From: Clostridia bacterium
Lineage (GTDB): Bacteria; Bacillota; Clostridia; UMGS1810
Assembly (NCBI GenBank): GCA_045644205.1
Contig: JAZRGM010000052.1
Coordinates: forward strand, 19,859-83,858
Reading direction: 5' to 3'
DNA length: 64,000 nt
The number at the start of each line of letters is the position of its first letter. Within the stretch, counting starts at the first letter, position 1. A program made the translations under genes and the position numbers. The notes under the pieces were generated by a model. It had not been told where the DNA came from, did not search any database, and was given only the letters and a program-made list of their open reading frames with translations. This document shows, piece after piece, positions 8,620 through 16,062 of this stretch.

Positions 8620-9159
8620 TTAAATTGAATACAAATAGCAAAGCTCGGGAATACCTTTAAGATGCTTCCTTGCTTTGGATATAAGTGCAGTTATTGTATT
8701 TGCTGATTTACCATAGTGCTTTCCGATATCTTTGGCAGTGTATCCTTTGCTTGACAGTATAAGGGCATTAATGCCCATTGCTGTTGACGGAGATGCACTG
8801 CCTTTTGCTTTTTTAAGTATTTTATAAATTTCAACTTTATCATATGTATCCGTTTCATAAGTTCCACTCATAATAGCCTGCTTAACATCATCTGTTGATT
8901 CTTCCTTTGAATATTTTCGTGATGAATGTATAAGAGCATCGCAGATTTCGTTCCATATGAGCCTATATGCATATGTAGAAAATGTTCCACCTTTATCGAT
9001 TGCCACGGCTTTATATAATCCTATAAGTCCAATCTGGAAAAGGTCTTCATAAGCATACCCGGGTATATCATTAGGGTTATGTACTTTATCTTTTATAACC
9101 TTTCCCACCAGACCCATATTATCTTTTAAAATTCTTTCCTGATTATCAGTCAATTTCAT
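8620..9159 (-). CDS. Sigma-70 family RNA polymerase sigma factor with regions 2 and 4 only (group 4-like)
   Basis: Region 2 reads YEDLFQIGLIGLYKAVAIDKGGTFSTYAYRLIWNEI. The region 4 HTH reads YTAKDIGKHYGKSANTITALISKARKHLK. An AAAGGGGG RBS lies upstream. Confidence 0.75.
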   Translation of the reverse strand: MKLTDNQERILKDNMGLVGKVIKDKVHNPNDIPGYAYEDLFQIGLIGLYKAVAIDKGGTFSTYAYRLIWNEICDALIHSSRKYSKEESTDDVKQAIMSGTYETDTYDKVEIYKILKKAKGSASPSTAMGINALILSSKGYTAKDIGKHYGKSANTITALISKARKHLKGIPELCYLYSI

Positions 9160-9290
9160 GATGCAAGACCCCCTTTGTGCGGTTTCATCCTGTTTTTGAA
9201 TCTTTCTATATACATTTTGCTCTCTTCTATAACCTTTTTGCAGTAGTATTCGCTTAAGTGTCCTATATGAGCGTGCTTCCTACTTTAACG

Positions 9291-9537
9291 AAAAAAAGCC
9301 GGAGAAACTGCAAAAAAACAATACAGAATCAAAGTGCTGAGAATTTGGTTGTCTCATCTCAGCGATTGACTCTGCATGGTTTAAGCAGCCCTCCGGCTTT
9401 AATATTCAATTTAGCTTGCATCATTATGGATTAGCTCTGTGCGCTAAATCCGTAACGGTTCCTTGTTCCTACCTATGACAAGTCTGACACCGTGAATTCT
9501 CCGATGTACCGAAAGCCTGGATGCAAGCTCCTGTCAC
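9291..9537 (-). ncRNA. Candidate structured RNA of about 247 nt, class unknown. It is either a stand-alone sRNA or a long terminator-containing leader of the sigma-factor gene.
   Basis: On the minus strand it starts about 7 nt after a consensus promoter. Domain 1 is closed by the 10-bp helix AGCUUGCAUC/GAUGCAAGCU (9413-9422 with 9520-9529) and encloses the hairpin GGAUUUAGC-GCACAGA-GCUAAUCC. Domain 2 (9295-9400) is a rod about 106 nt long: AAAGCCGGAG/CUCCGGCUUU, CAGAGUCAA/UUGAUUCUG, GCUGAGA/UCUCAGC. It ends in U7. Confidence 0.5.
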
Positions 9538-9543
9538 AGTTAT

Positions 9544-9572
9544 ATTATAGCACAATGCCTGCGTATGTGCAA
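9544..9572 (-). promoter_or_regulatory. Sigma-A-type promoter for the candidate RNA
   Basis: Minus strand: TTGCAC (9572-9567), a 17-nt spacer, then TGcTATAAT with the -10 hexamer at 9549-9544. The -35 element is embedded in the inverted repeat ATGCCT..AGGCAT. Confidence 0.6.
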
Positions 9573-9858
9573 GGCATCAAGCATAAATTCGTCATTATAA
9601 ATAAAAGAATTTATGTATTTCAGTCTGAGGAAAACCATGCCAGTCTGGTGGTATTTTTTTACTCAAAAGCCTCATCTTTTTCGTCATTTTGCACAATTCG
9701 TCTTTTTTATCTGAGATATAAAATTCACTTAAAACTCCGACAGCTAATATAATTTCAAATATAAATATTATAATATGTGATGTTGGAATTGCAGGTTTTA
9801 TATCTATACTTTCTACTAATTTTTATTTAGGTTTACAGTTTATGATGAATTAATTCTC

Positions 9859-10992
9859 TTAGCACAGCCCTAGTTCATCTTCTATCAGACCCATTTCAAT
9901 AGTTCTTACTTTTGCGAGCCCTTCGAGAAACGCGTTAACATAATCCTTTTGAAAATCAAAGCAGAGAACTTCGCTTTTGTATTTATTAAATAAAAGAGCT
10001 TCTTTAAAGCGAATGAGTCTTGCAATATCTCCGTCAAGGTGGGAGAGAATATATTTTCCGTAGACATATGCGTCGTATTCAAATATGCCTCTGCCGTTTG
10101 ATATGGTATCAGACTCAAACAATAAATCAAGTAATTTTTCTTTTACCGTGGGATGGCAAATTAATTTTAATAATCGAATGCCATTATCCGATAACGGAAC
10201 AAAATGTACATACTGATAAATTTTATCGAAGCGAAATTCGTGACGCGTACCGGCCTCGTTCTCCTTCAGCGTTTCAAGTGCTGTTTTGTCAGACTGACCG
10301 AAAAGTATAGCTGAATTTACACTGGTGACATCGGCATTCATTCTGGCTATTTCAATTAAACTGTATAGTGCTTTAAATTCGCCCATGCCGTTCCACTTCA
10401 TAACAGAACCTCGGGTGTTGTATACAGCAAAACATTTTTGATTTGAAAAGATGGCACCTGCCATTCGGGTAAACATTGTTTTATTTTGCTCTATAGACCC
10501 GATGTTTTTTAGATACCTCGAAGTATAGAATACATTTTGTTTCGGTATGACAGAGAGTATCTCACTATTTTGAAGCTCAGGGAGTACATATGGTCGGTAC
10601 TCAACTTCAGACCGCATACACATAGCCACCACTTCCGCAACTCTGTGATTTCTCTCAAGGTGCTTTTTATCACCGGCAAATTTGTGATTCCGGAAGGTCC
10701 CCAAATACACATCTGAAATATTGGGGTATATCCAGTTGAGTATGGGAACAGCCTCTCTGTAAAGTCGGATAGTCTTGCTGCTTCCTTTCCCGGATATGTT
10801 TAAGAATTTACAAAATACTCTTTCACCTGACTCAGAATTGTATAGCTCATTTTTTTCTGAGAGCTTATGAACAATCTTTCGAAAATACCTCTCGTTGCCA
10901 AGTAGTCGGAGTGATGAATATGGGTATTCACCCACCACTGAAAGTATTGCGGCAAGACTGCCCGCCTGACTGCTCGGATGCATATGAAGCAT
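9859..10992 (-). CDS. Hypothetical protein, 377 aa, no confident family (N-terminal winged-helix-like segment)
   Basis: Long intact ORF with an AAGGGTGA RBS. I recognise no catalytic motifs and no CxxC pairs. There is a weak resemblance in motif order to replication-relaxation-type proteins (wHTH, then ERNHRVAEVV). Confidence 0.55.
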   Translation of the reverse strand: MLHMHPSSQAGSLAAILSVVGEYPYSSLRLLGNERYFRKIVHKLSEKNELYNSESGERVFCKFLNISGKGSSKTIRLYREAVPILNWIYPNISDVYLGTFRNHKFAGDKKHLERNHRVAEVVAMCMRSEVEYRPYVLPELQNSEILSVIPKQNVFYTSRYLKNIGSIEQNKTMFTRMAGAIFSNQKCFAVYNTRGSVMKWNGMGEFKALYSLIEIARMNADVTSVNSAILFGQSDKTALETLKENEAGTRHEFRFDKIYQYVHFVPLSDNGIRLLKLICHPTVKEKLLDLLFESDTISNGRGIFEYDAYVYGKYILSHLDGDIARLIRFKEALLFNKYKSEVLCFDFQKDYVNAFLEGLAKVRTIEMGLIEDELGLC

Positions 10993-11247
10993 AGCTCATC
11001 ACCCTTGTCTTGTAAGCATTTTTCGCCAAGGTGACTGCTCTCTTTGGCGTAAATCAGCATGTAAATTAATTGCTAAACTTTGGTTTTTCAAGGGGTTGAG
11101 GCATTTTAAAACAAGTGTAATTTTTTTGATAAAAAATTTAGCAGTTTTTACACCTGTTTTTTAGGTGATTTTAAGACACCTAAATTTATAATATATATGT
11201 TTTTTTACTTTTCAAAAGTGAAAAAAATGAAAAAAGTGAAAATTCAC

Positions 11248-11276
11248 TTGAATTTTTATTGCTGTGTGTGTATAAT
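11248..11276 (+). promoter_or_regulatory. Sigma-A-type promoter of the AlbA_2 gene
   Basis: TTGAAT (11248-11253), a 17-nt spacer, then TATAAT (11271-11276). It lies inside the 5' extension of the tracked ORF. Confidence 0.55.
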
Positions 11277-11301
11277 ATTAATGGAGAGAGGTGTTAACAT
11301 A

Positions 11302-12600
11302 ATGATTGAGAATGAAAAATGTGAATTTAAGAGTGAATATACAGATAATGTTTTGAAAACTATAATTGCATTTGTGAATACTGATGGCGGTAAAATATTT
11401 ATTGGAGTTAATGACAATGGGGAGCCGACAGGGATTGAAAATATTGATGAATGTTATACAAGGATAACCAATTCCATAAGAGACAGTATTTCTCCGGATG
11501 TTACGATGTTCATAAAATACACAATAAACGAGGAAGACAGAATTATTGTAATTACTGTTTCAGAGGGCACAAATAAACCATATTTTTTAAAGTCAAAAGG
11601 TATGCGACCAGAAGGTGTATATGTTCGTCAGGGTGCAACTTCCGCACCTGCTTCTATGGAGAAGATAAGACAAATGATAAAGCTTTCAGAAAAAGAAACT
11701 TTTGAGAGTGGTCGTGCGTTAAATCAGGACCTTCATTTTACAGAAGCTACAAATGAATTTTCAATTAAAAAGGTAGAATTTAACAAAGGAAAATATGTTT
11801 CTTTAGGCATTATTAATCCTGATGATGAATTATATACTAATCTTGCGGTTTTGTTATCAGATGAGTGCGAACACACAATAAAAGTTGCTATCTTTGATGG
11901 CAATGACAAAAAAACATTCAAGGACAGAAAAGAGTTCACAGGTTCTTTATTTAAACAGTTGCGTAATTGTTATGAATATCTTAAGCTTTGCAATCATACC
12001 GCTGCAACCTTTGAAGGACTCGATAGAATAGACCGTGATGATTATCCTGTATCAGCATTAAGAGAAGCTTTGCTAAATGCCCTTGTTCATCGTGATTATT
12101 CTTTTAGCGGAAGCATAATGATAAATATTTTTGATGATAAAGTTGAATTCGTTTCCCTCGGAGGATTGGTAAGCGGATTATCAAAAGAGGATATTTTGAG
12201 AGGTGTTTCACAAACACGAAATCACAACCTTGCCAATGTTTTTTACGGATTAAAGCATGTTGAGGCTTATGGCACCGGTATCCAAAGAATATTTGATCTA
12301 TATGCTGAAGATAATCTTCAACCGGATATCATCATTACCGATAATACATTTACTATGATACTACCTAATCGGAATGTGGGAGAAAAAACCAAAGAATTTA
12401 TGCTCCAAAAACCTATGACACAACAAGAAAAAAGTATTCTTGGCTATATTAAAGAAAATGGTTTTATAACCGATCATGAAGTTCAAACAATGTTTGATGT
12501 CAAACAAACAAGGGCTTATAATATTATAAAATCAATGAAATATAAAGGACTTCTTGTAACAAAGGGCAGAGGAAATGATAAAAAACATTATTTGAAATAG
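11302..12600 (+). CDS. Schlafen-like AlbA_2 domain / HATPase_c_4 (RecG C-terminal-like) / C-terminal wHTH protein
   Basis: CEFKSEYTDNVLKTIIAFVNTDGGKIFIGVNDNGEPTGI is AlbA_2-like. REALLNALVHRDYSFSGSIMINIFDDKVEFVSLGG...EAYGTGIQRIF is HATPase_c_4-like. I chose the start at ATG 11302 (GGAGAGAGG RBS) rather than the tracked 11197. Confidence 0.75.
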   Translation: MIENEKCEFKSEYTDNVLKTIIAFVNTDGGKIFIGVNDNGEPTGIENIDECYTRITNSIRDSISPDVTMFIKYTINEEDRIIVITVSEGTNKPYFLKSKGMRPEGVYVRQGATSAPASMEKIRQMIKLSEKETFESGRALNQDLHFTEATNEFSIKKVEFNKGKYVSLGIINPDDELYTNLAVLLSDECEHTIKVAIFDGNDKKTFKDRKEFTGSLFKQLRNCYEYLKLCNHTAATFEGLDRIDRDDYPVSALREALLNALVHRDYSFSGSIMINIFDDKVEFVSLGGLVSGLSKEDILRGVSQTRNHNLANVFYGLKHVEAYGTGIQRIFDLYAEDNLQPDIIITDNTFTMILPNRNVGEKTKEFMLQKPMTQQEKSILGYIKENGFITDHEVQTMFDVKQTRAYNIIKSMKYKGLLVTKGRGNDKKHYLK

Positions 12601-12651
12601 TTATAAAGTATTATCTATGAAGTATTTCATAATTTAGTCCTTTCTTAAAAT

Positions 12652-12692
12652 AAAAATCCGATTTTACATTTAATGCAAAACCGGATTTTAAA
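12652..12692 (+). terminator. Intrinsic terminator after the AlbA_2 gene
   Basis: AAAAATCCGATTTT-loop-AAAACCGGATTTT stem with one mismatch, followed by T/A-rich sequence. Confidence 0.55.
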
Positions 12693-12829
12693 AATATTTA
12701 TTTATACTATATTTTCCATCCGGATTCAAGAGGAATTTGCATCGCTTTTAAATTAATGATAAAGCTGCCACTTGACAAATCAGTTCTTTTCATTTTAATA
12801 TGTACCTATAAAGAAAGGAAGATGGAGTT

Positions 12830-13759
12830 ATGGACAAAAAAGAGCTTTTAAAACACATAGGCAGCATAGAACAGATAGGCGGCATAAAAGACTATACCTT
12901 CAATGATGGAAAGTCAAAAGGCGTAAGAGCCATTGAAATAAACACAGGAAAGCTTTCCTTCACCATCCTTCCCGACAGATGCATGGATATTGCCCAGGCG
13001 TTTTTCTGCGGTGAAGCAGTAAGCTGGATTTCAAAAACGGGAATCACCCATCCCTCCTTCTATGAAAAAGACGGGAAGAATTGGCTCCGCGGTTTCTATG
13101 GCGGTCTTATAACCACCTGCGGTCTTAAAAATATCGGCGGTGCAGTGGGAGATAATGGTCTCCATGGCAGAATAGCAAATATTCCTGCCGAAAAGGTCAG
13201 CATCTTTGCTGATTGGGTTGGCGATGAATATATAATGCAGGTTTCGGGTATAATGCGAGAATGTCATGCTTTGGGGCTTAACCTTGTTCTTAAGCGCACC
13301 ATAACAGCCAAGCTCTTTGACGATAGCTTCACAGTTGAAGATGTTGTTATAAACGAAGGCTTCTCCGATGAAGACATCGCCCTTTGCTATCATTGCAACT
13401 TTGGCTATCCTCTTGTTTGCGAAGATGCAAAAATAATAAATGTTCCCGAAGATATTGCCTCAATATCTGCTCCCACCCATGCCATAGCTGAGAAATGTAT
13501 CAACATTCCCAAAGATGACGACATTGTAACCGTTGGAATAGAAAATAAATCAATGGGTGCCTACATAACCTATCAGACCAGAACCCTTCCCGATTTCCTT
13601 GTGTGGAAAATGTTTGGCGAAGGTGATTATGTTGTAGGCTTAGAGCCCCGCACCACAGCCCTTGGCGGACAAAACATTATAGATAGCAATAAATTTGTTA
13701 AATTAAAGCCTTTTGAAGAATATGAAACATATCTTAAATTTGATTTCAAGAAATTTTAA
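12830..13759 (+). CDS. Aldose 1-epimerase family protein (DUF4432-like)
   Basis: IGGIKDYTFNDGKSKGVRAIEINTGKLSFTILPDRCMDIAQAFFCGEAVSWISKTG matches the N-terminal pattern of DUF4432/galactose-mutarotase-like proteins. An RBS is present. Confidence 0.7.
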   Translation: MDKKELLKHIGSIEQIGGIKDYTFNDGKSKGVRAIEINTGKLSFTILPDRCMDIAQAFFCGEAVSWISKTGITHPSFYEKDGKNWLRGFYGGLITTCGLKNIGGAVGDNGLHGRIANIPAEKVSIFADWVGDEYIMQVSGIMRECHALGLNLVLKRTITAKLFDDSFTVEDVVINEGFSDEDIALCYHCNFGYPLVCEDAKIINVPEDIASISAPTHAIAEKCINIPKDDDIVTVGIENKSMGAYITYQTRTLPDFLVWKMFGEGDYVVGLEPRTTALGGQNIIDSNKFVKLKPFEEYETYLKFDFKKF

Positions 13760-13766
13760 AAAAGGC

Positions 13767-13795
13767 TTGCAATTATTTGAAATATGTGGTATCAT
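13767..13795 (+). promoter_or_regulatory. Promoter of the rimP-nusA-infB operon
   Basis: TTGCAA (13767-13772), a 17-nt spacer, then TGgTATCAT with the -10 hexamer at 13790-13795. Confidence 0.6.
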
Positions 13796-13825
13796 ATGTA
13801 AAGTAAGTTAATAATCATCGTAATG

Positions 13826-13857
13826 AGAGTGGGTTTTCGAACCCGCTCTTTTGTTTA
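13826..13857 (+). terminator. Leader attenuator/terminator upstream of rimP
   Basis: AGAGTGGGTT-TTCG-AACCCGCTCT forms a 10-bp stem with one G-U pair, followed by TTTTGTTT. It lies between the promoter and the rimP start. Confidence 0.65.
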
Positions 13858-13905
13858 GTTATCTTCAGAATAACTGCCCAGACGGTGAAAAAAAGGAATG
13901 ATAAA

Positions 13906-14379
13906 ATGGCAGATAAAAAAATTCCTCAGATTGTTTCAGAGATTGCAGCCCCCTTTGCTGAGAGCGCAGGATGCTTTGTTGACGATGTGGAGTTTAAAAA
14001 AGAAGGCTCAGAATATGTTCTGAGAGTAATCATCGATGTTGCCGACGATACAAATGGCGGAGTGTCAATCGACCAATGCGAAAGCGTAAGCCGGCTTCTA
14101 AGCGATGCGCTCGACAGCGCCGACCCTATATCCCAGGCATATATGCTTGAGGTTTCATCTCCGGGAATTGACCGCCCCCTAAAGCGTGATAAAGATTTTG
14201 AACGCTTCATGGGAAGGGAAATTGATATCGGTCTTTTTAAAGCTGTAGATGGCAGTAAAACTGTGTCAGGAAAGCTCATAGGCTTTAGTGATGGCGTTAT
14301 AACAATCGACACAGGCAAAGAAGAAATGATATTTGAAAAAGATAAAACAGCCAGCGTTCGTCTTGCTGTTATATGGTAG
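13906..14379 (+). CDS. rimP: Ribosome maturation factor RimP
   Basis: YMLEVSSPGIDRPLK is the hallmark motif, and the gene sits immediately upstream of nusA. I preferred ATG 13906 over the tracked GTG 13885. Confidence 0.9.
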   Translation: MADKKIPQIVSEIAAPFAESAGCFVDDVEFKKEGSEYVLRVIIDVADDTNGGVSIDQCESVSRLLSDALDSADPISQAYMLEVSSPGIDRPLKRDKDFERFMGREIDIGLFKAVDGSKTVSGKLIGFSDGVITIDTGKEEMIFEKDKTASVRLAVIW

Positions 14380-14409
14380 TTTTAATTACAGAAGGGAATG
14401 GTATAAAAA

Positions 14410-15441
14410 ATGAACAGTGAATTTTTACTTGCATTAAACGAAATTGAAAAAGAAAAAAACATCAGTAAGGAAATCCTTCTTGATGCAATCGATGCGGCTC
14501 TTGTTTCAGCCTACAAAAGAAACTACAGCACCAACCATAATAATGTTGTGGTAAATATCGACCGCGAAACAGGCTCCGTTAAGGTGTTTATCCAGAAGGA
14601 GGTTGTTGAAGAAGTAACAGATAGTCTTTGTCAGATTTCTCTTGAGGATGCAAAAAATATCTCAGGAAGCTATGATATCGGCGACACAGTAAACATCGAA
14701 GACACCCCTGCAGCCTTTGGCAGAATCGCTGCCCAGACAGCAAAGCAGGTTGTTCTTCAGAGAATAAAGGAAGCTGAAAGAAACCTTATTTTTGATGAAT
14801 TTTCCGAAAGAGAGCATAAGGTTGTAACAGGCACTATCCAGAGAATAGAAAAAGATAATATCTATCTTGACATCGGCAAAACCGAAGCCTATCTCTCACC
14901 AAGAGAACAGGTGCCCACAGAAAGCTACACCTTCCATAAAAGATTAAAGGTTTATGTGACCGAAGTAAGAAAAACCACAAAAGGACCTCTGGTTACAGTT
15001 TCAAGAACCCGTCCTGCATTTGTAGGCAAGCTTTTTGAAGAAGAAATCCCCGAAATAAGCGAAGGCATAGTAGAGATTAAAAGTATTTCCCGTGAGGCAG
15101 GTTCAAGAACCAAGATTGCTGTGTGGACAAATGATAAAAATGTTGATCCAATAGGCGCCTGTATCGGTGCTAAAGGCACAAGAGTGCAGAATATAGTTGA
15201 TGAATTAAACGGTGAAAAAATAGACATCGTTCGCTATAGCGAAGATATAGCAGAATTCATAAGAGCAAGTCTTAATCCTGCAGAGGTTGTAAGCCTTGAA
15301 ATAAATGCCGATGAAAAAGAAGCACATGTTGTTGTTCCTTTCCATCAGCTTTCTCTTGCAATCGGTAAGGAAGGTCAGAATGCCCGCCTTGCTGCAAGAC
15401 TCACAGGCTATAAAATCGACATCAAAAGCGATGCCGAGTAA
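14410..15441 (+). CDS. nusA: Transcription termination/antitermination factor NusA
   Basis: The order is N-terminal domain, S1 domain, then two KH domains (GACIGAKGTRVQNIVDEL; AIGKEGQNARLAARLTGYKIDIKS). Confidence 0.95.
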   Translation: MNSEFLLALNEIEKEKNISKEILLDAIDAALVSAYKRNYSTNHNNVVVNIDRETGSVKVFIQKEVVEEVTDSLCQISLEDAKNISGSYDIGDTVNIEDTPAAFGRIAAQTAKQVVLQRIKEAERNLIFDEFSEREHKVVTGTIQRIEKDNIYLDIGKTEAYLSPREQVPTESYTFHKRLKVYVTEVRKTTKGPLVTVSRTRPAFVGKLFEEEIPEISEGIVEIKSISREAGSRTKIAVWTNDKNVDPIGACIGAKGTRVQNIVDELNGEKIDIVRYSEDIAEFIRASLNPAEVVSLEINADEKEAHVVVPFHQLSLAIGKEGQNARLAARLTGYKIDIKSDAE

Positions 15442-15459
15442 GCTTTAAGGAATAAAACT

Positions 15460-15735
15460 ATGGCACGAAATGCAAAAAACACAAGAATGTGTTCGGGATG
15501 TATGTCACGCAGGGATAAATCGGATTTTGTCTGCATATATAATTCCACAGACGGTATAAAAATCGGAAATCCTGCGGATAAAACCTCAGGCAGAAGCGCG
15601 TATCTTTGCAAAAATGAAGAATGTATGGAAAAAGCCATCAAAAGAAAATGGATTTCCCGTGCGTTAAAGACAGAGCTTCCAAATGATTTCTATGATAATC
15701 TGAGGTCTTTTTTCAAAACACAAATCCGGGAGTGA
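15460..15735 (+). CDS. ylxR: YlxR/RnpM family RNA-binding protein (DUF448)
   Basis: It has the RMCSGCMSRRDK motif, is 91 aa long, and occupies the conserved position after nusA. Confidence 0.85.
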   Translation: MARNAKNTRMCSGCMSRRDKSDFVCIYNSTDGIKIGNPADKTSGRSAYLCKNEECMEKAIKRKWISRALKTELPNDFYDNLRSFFKTQIRE

Positions 15736-16058
15736 TAGCTATGAAGGAAATAATGGGACTTGTAGGTCTTGCCAAAAGAGCAGGAAGGCTTTCCTGCGGC
15801 GAGAGTGCTTGCAAAGAGGCAATAAAGCAAGGCAAATCCTTTCTTATCATTCTTGCAGAGGATGTTGGGAAAAACACAGGCAAAACCATCCTGGACAGCT
15901 GCAATTTTTATAATGTGAAGCATCTTATCCTTGGCACAAAAGATAGCCTCGGTCATGCAGTAGGCAACGATTATAACGCGGTTATCTCAATAAATGATGA
16001 GGGCTTTGCTAAAGGAATATTAAAAAAGTATCCGGCAAATATTAATGAAGGTGAGTGA
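15732..16058 (+). CDS. ylxQ: L7Ae/L30e-family RNA-binding protein
   Basis: [38 protein letters not shown] is L7Ae-like. It occupies the conserved position between ylxR and infB. Confidence 0.85.
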   Translation: MIAMKEIMGLVGLAKRAGRLSCGESACKEAIKQGKSFLIILAEDVGKNTGKTILDSCNFYNVKHLILGTKDSLGHAVGNDYNAVISINDEGFAKGILKKYPANINEGE

Positions 16059-16062
16059 TAAT

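Noticed and set aside
9291-9537. Known RNA classes for the orphan RNA: TPP riboswitch (because of GCUGAGA), T-box (GGAACCG), group II intron domain 5 (CCGUAACGGUUCC on the + strand), SRP/6S/RNase P/tmRNA, TnpB/IscB omega RNA, and retron msr-msd.
   Set aside because: Each resemblance is a single short string without the accompanying conserved elements. There is no CCUGAUCUGG, no GGUGG T-box core or specifier stem, no complementary domain 5 arm, and no GGAAGCAGCC. No TnpB/IscB or reverse-transcriptase gene is adjacent.
9492-9752. 86-aa + strand ORF in the sigma-factor/unknown-protein intergenic region.
   Set aside because: It has no RBS and an implausible composition. It overlaps the minus-strand promoter and the 5' domain of the structured RNA, which explain the region better.
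11197-11301. 35-codon N-terminal extension of the AlbA_2 ORF (MFFYFSKVKKMKK...).
   Set aside because: The extension contains a TTGAAT-17-TATAAT promoter and the GGAGAGAGG RBS that serves ATG 11302. The AlbA_2 domain begins right after that ATG.
8404-12829. Calling the island a mobile element, ICE or prophage remnant.
   Set aside because: I could find no integrase, transposase, relaxase or phage structural gene, no flanking direct repeats and no tRNA target. It is reported only as an accessory island of unknown origin.
13826-13849. tRNA-like T-arm resemblance (GGGTTTTCGAACCC).
   Set aside because: No acceptor, D or anticodon arms can be built on either strand. The hairpin plus U-tract downstream of a promoter fits a leader terminator.
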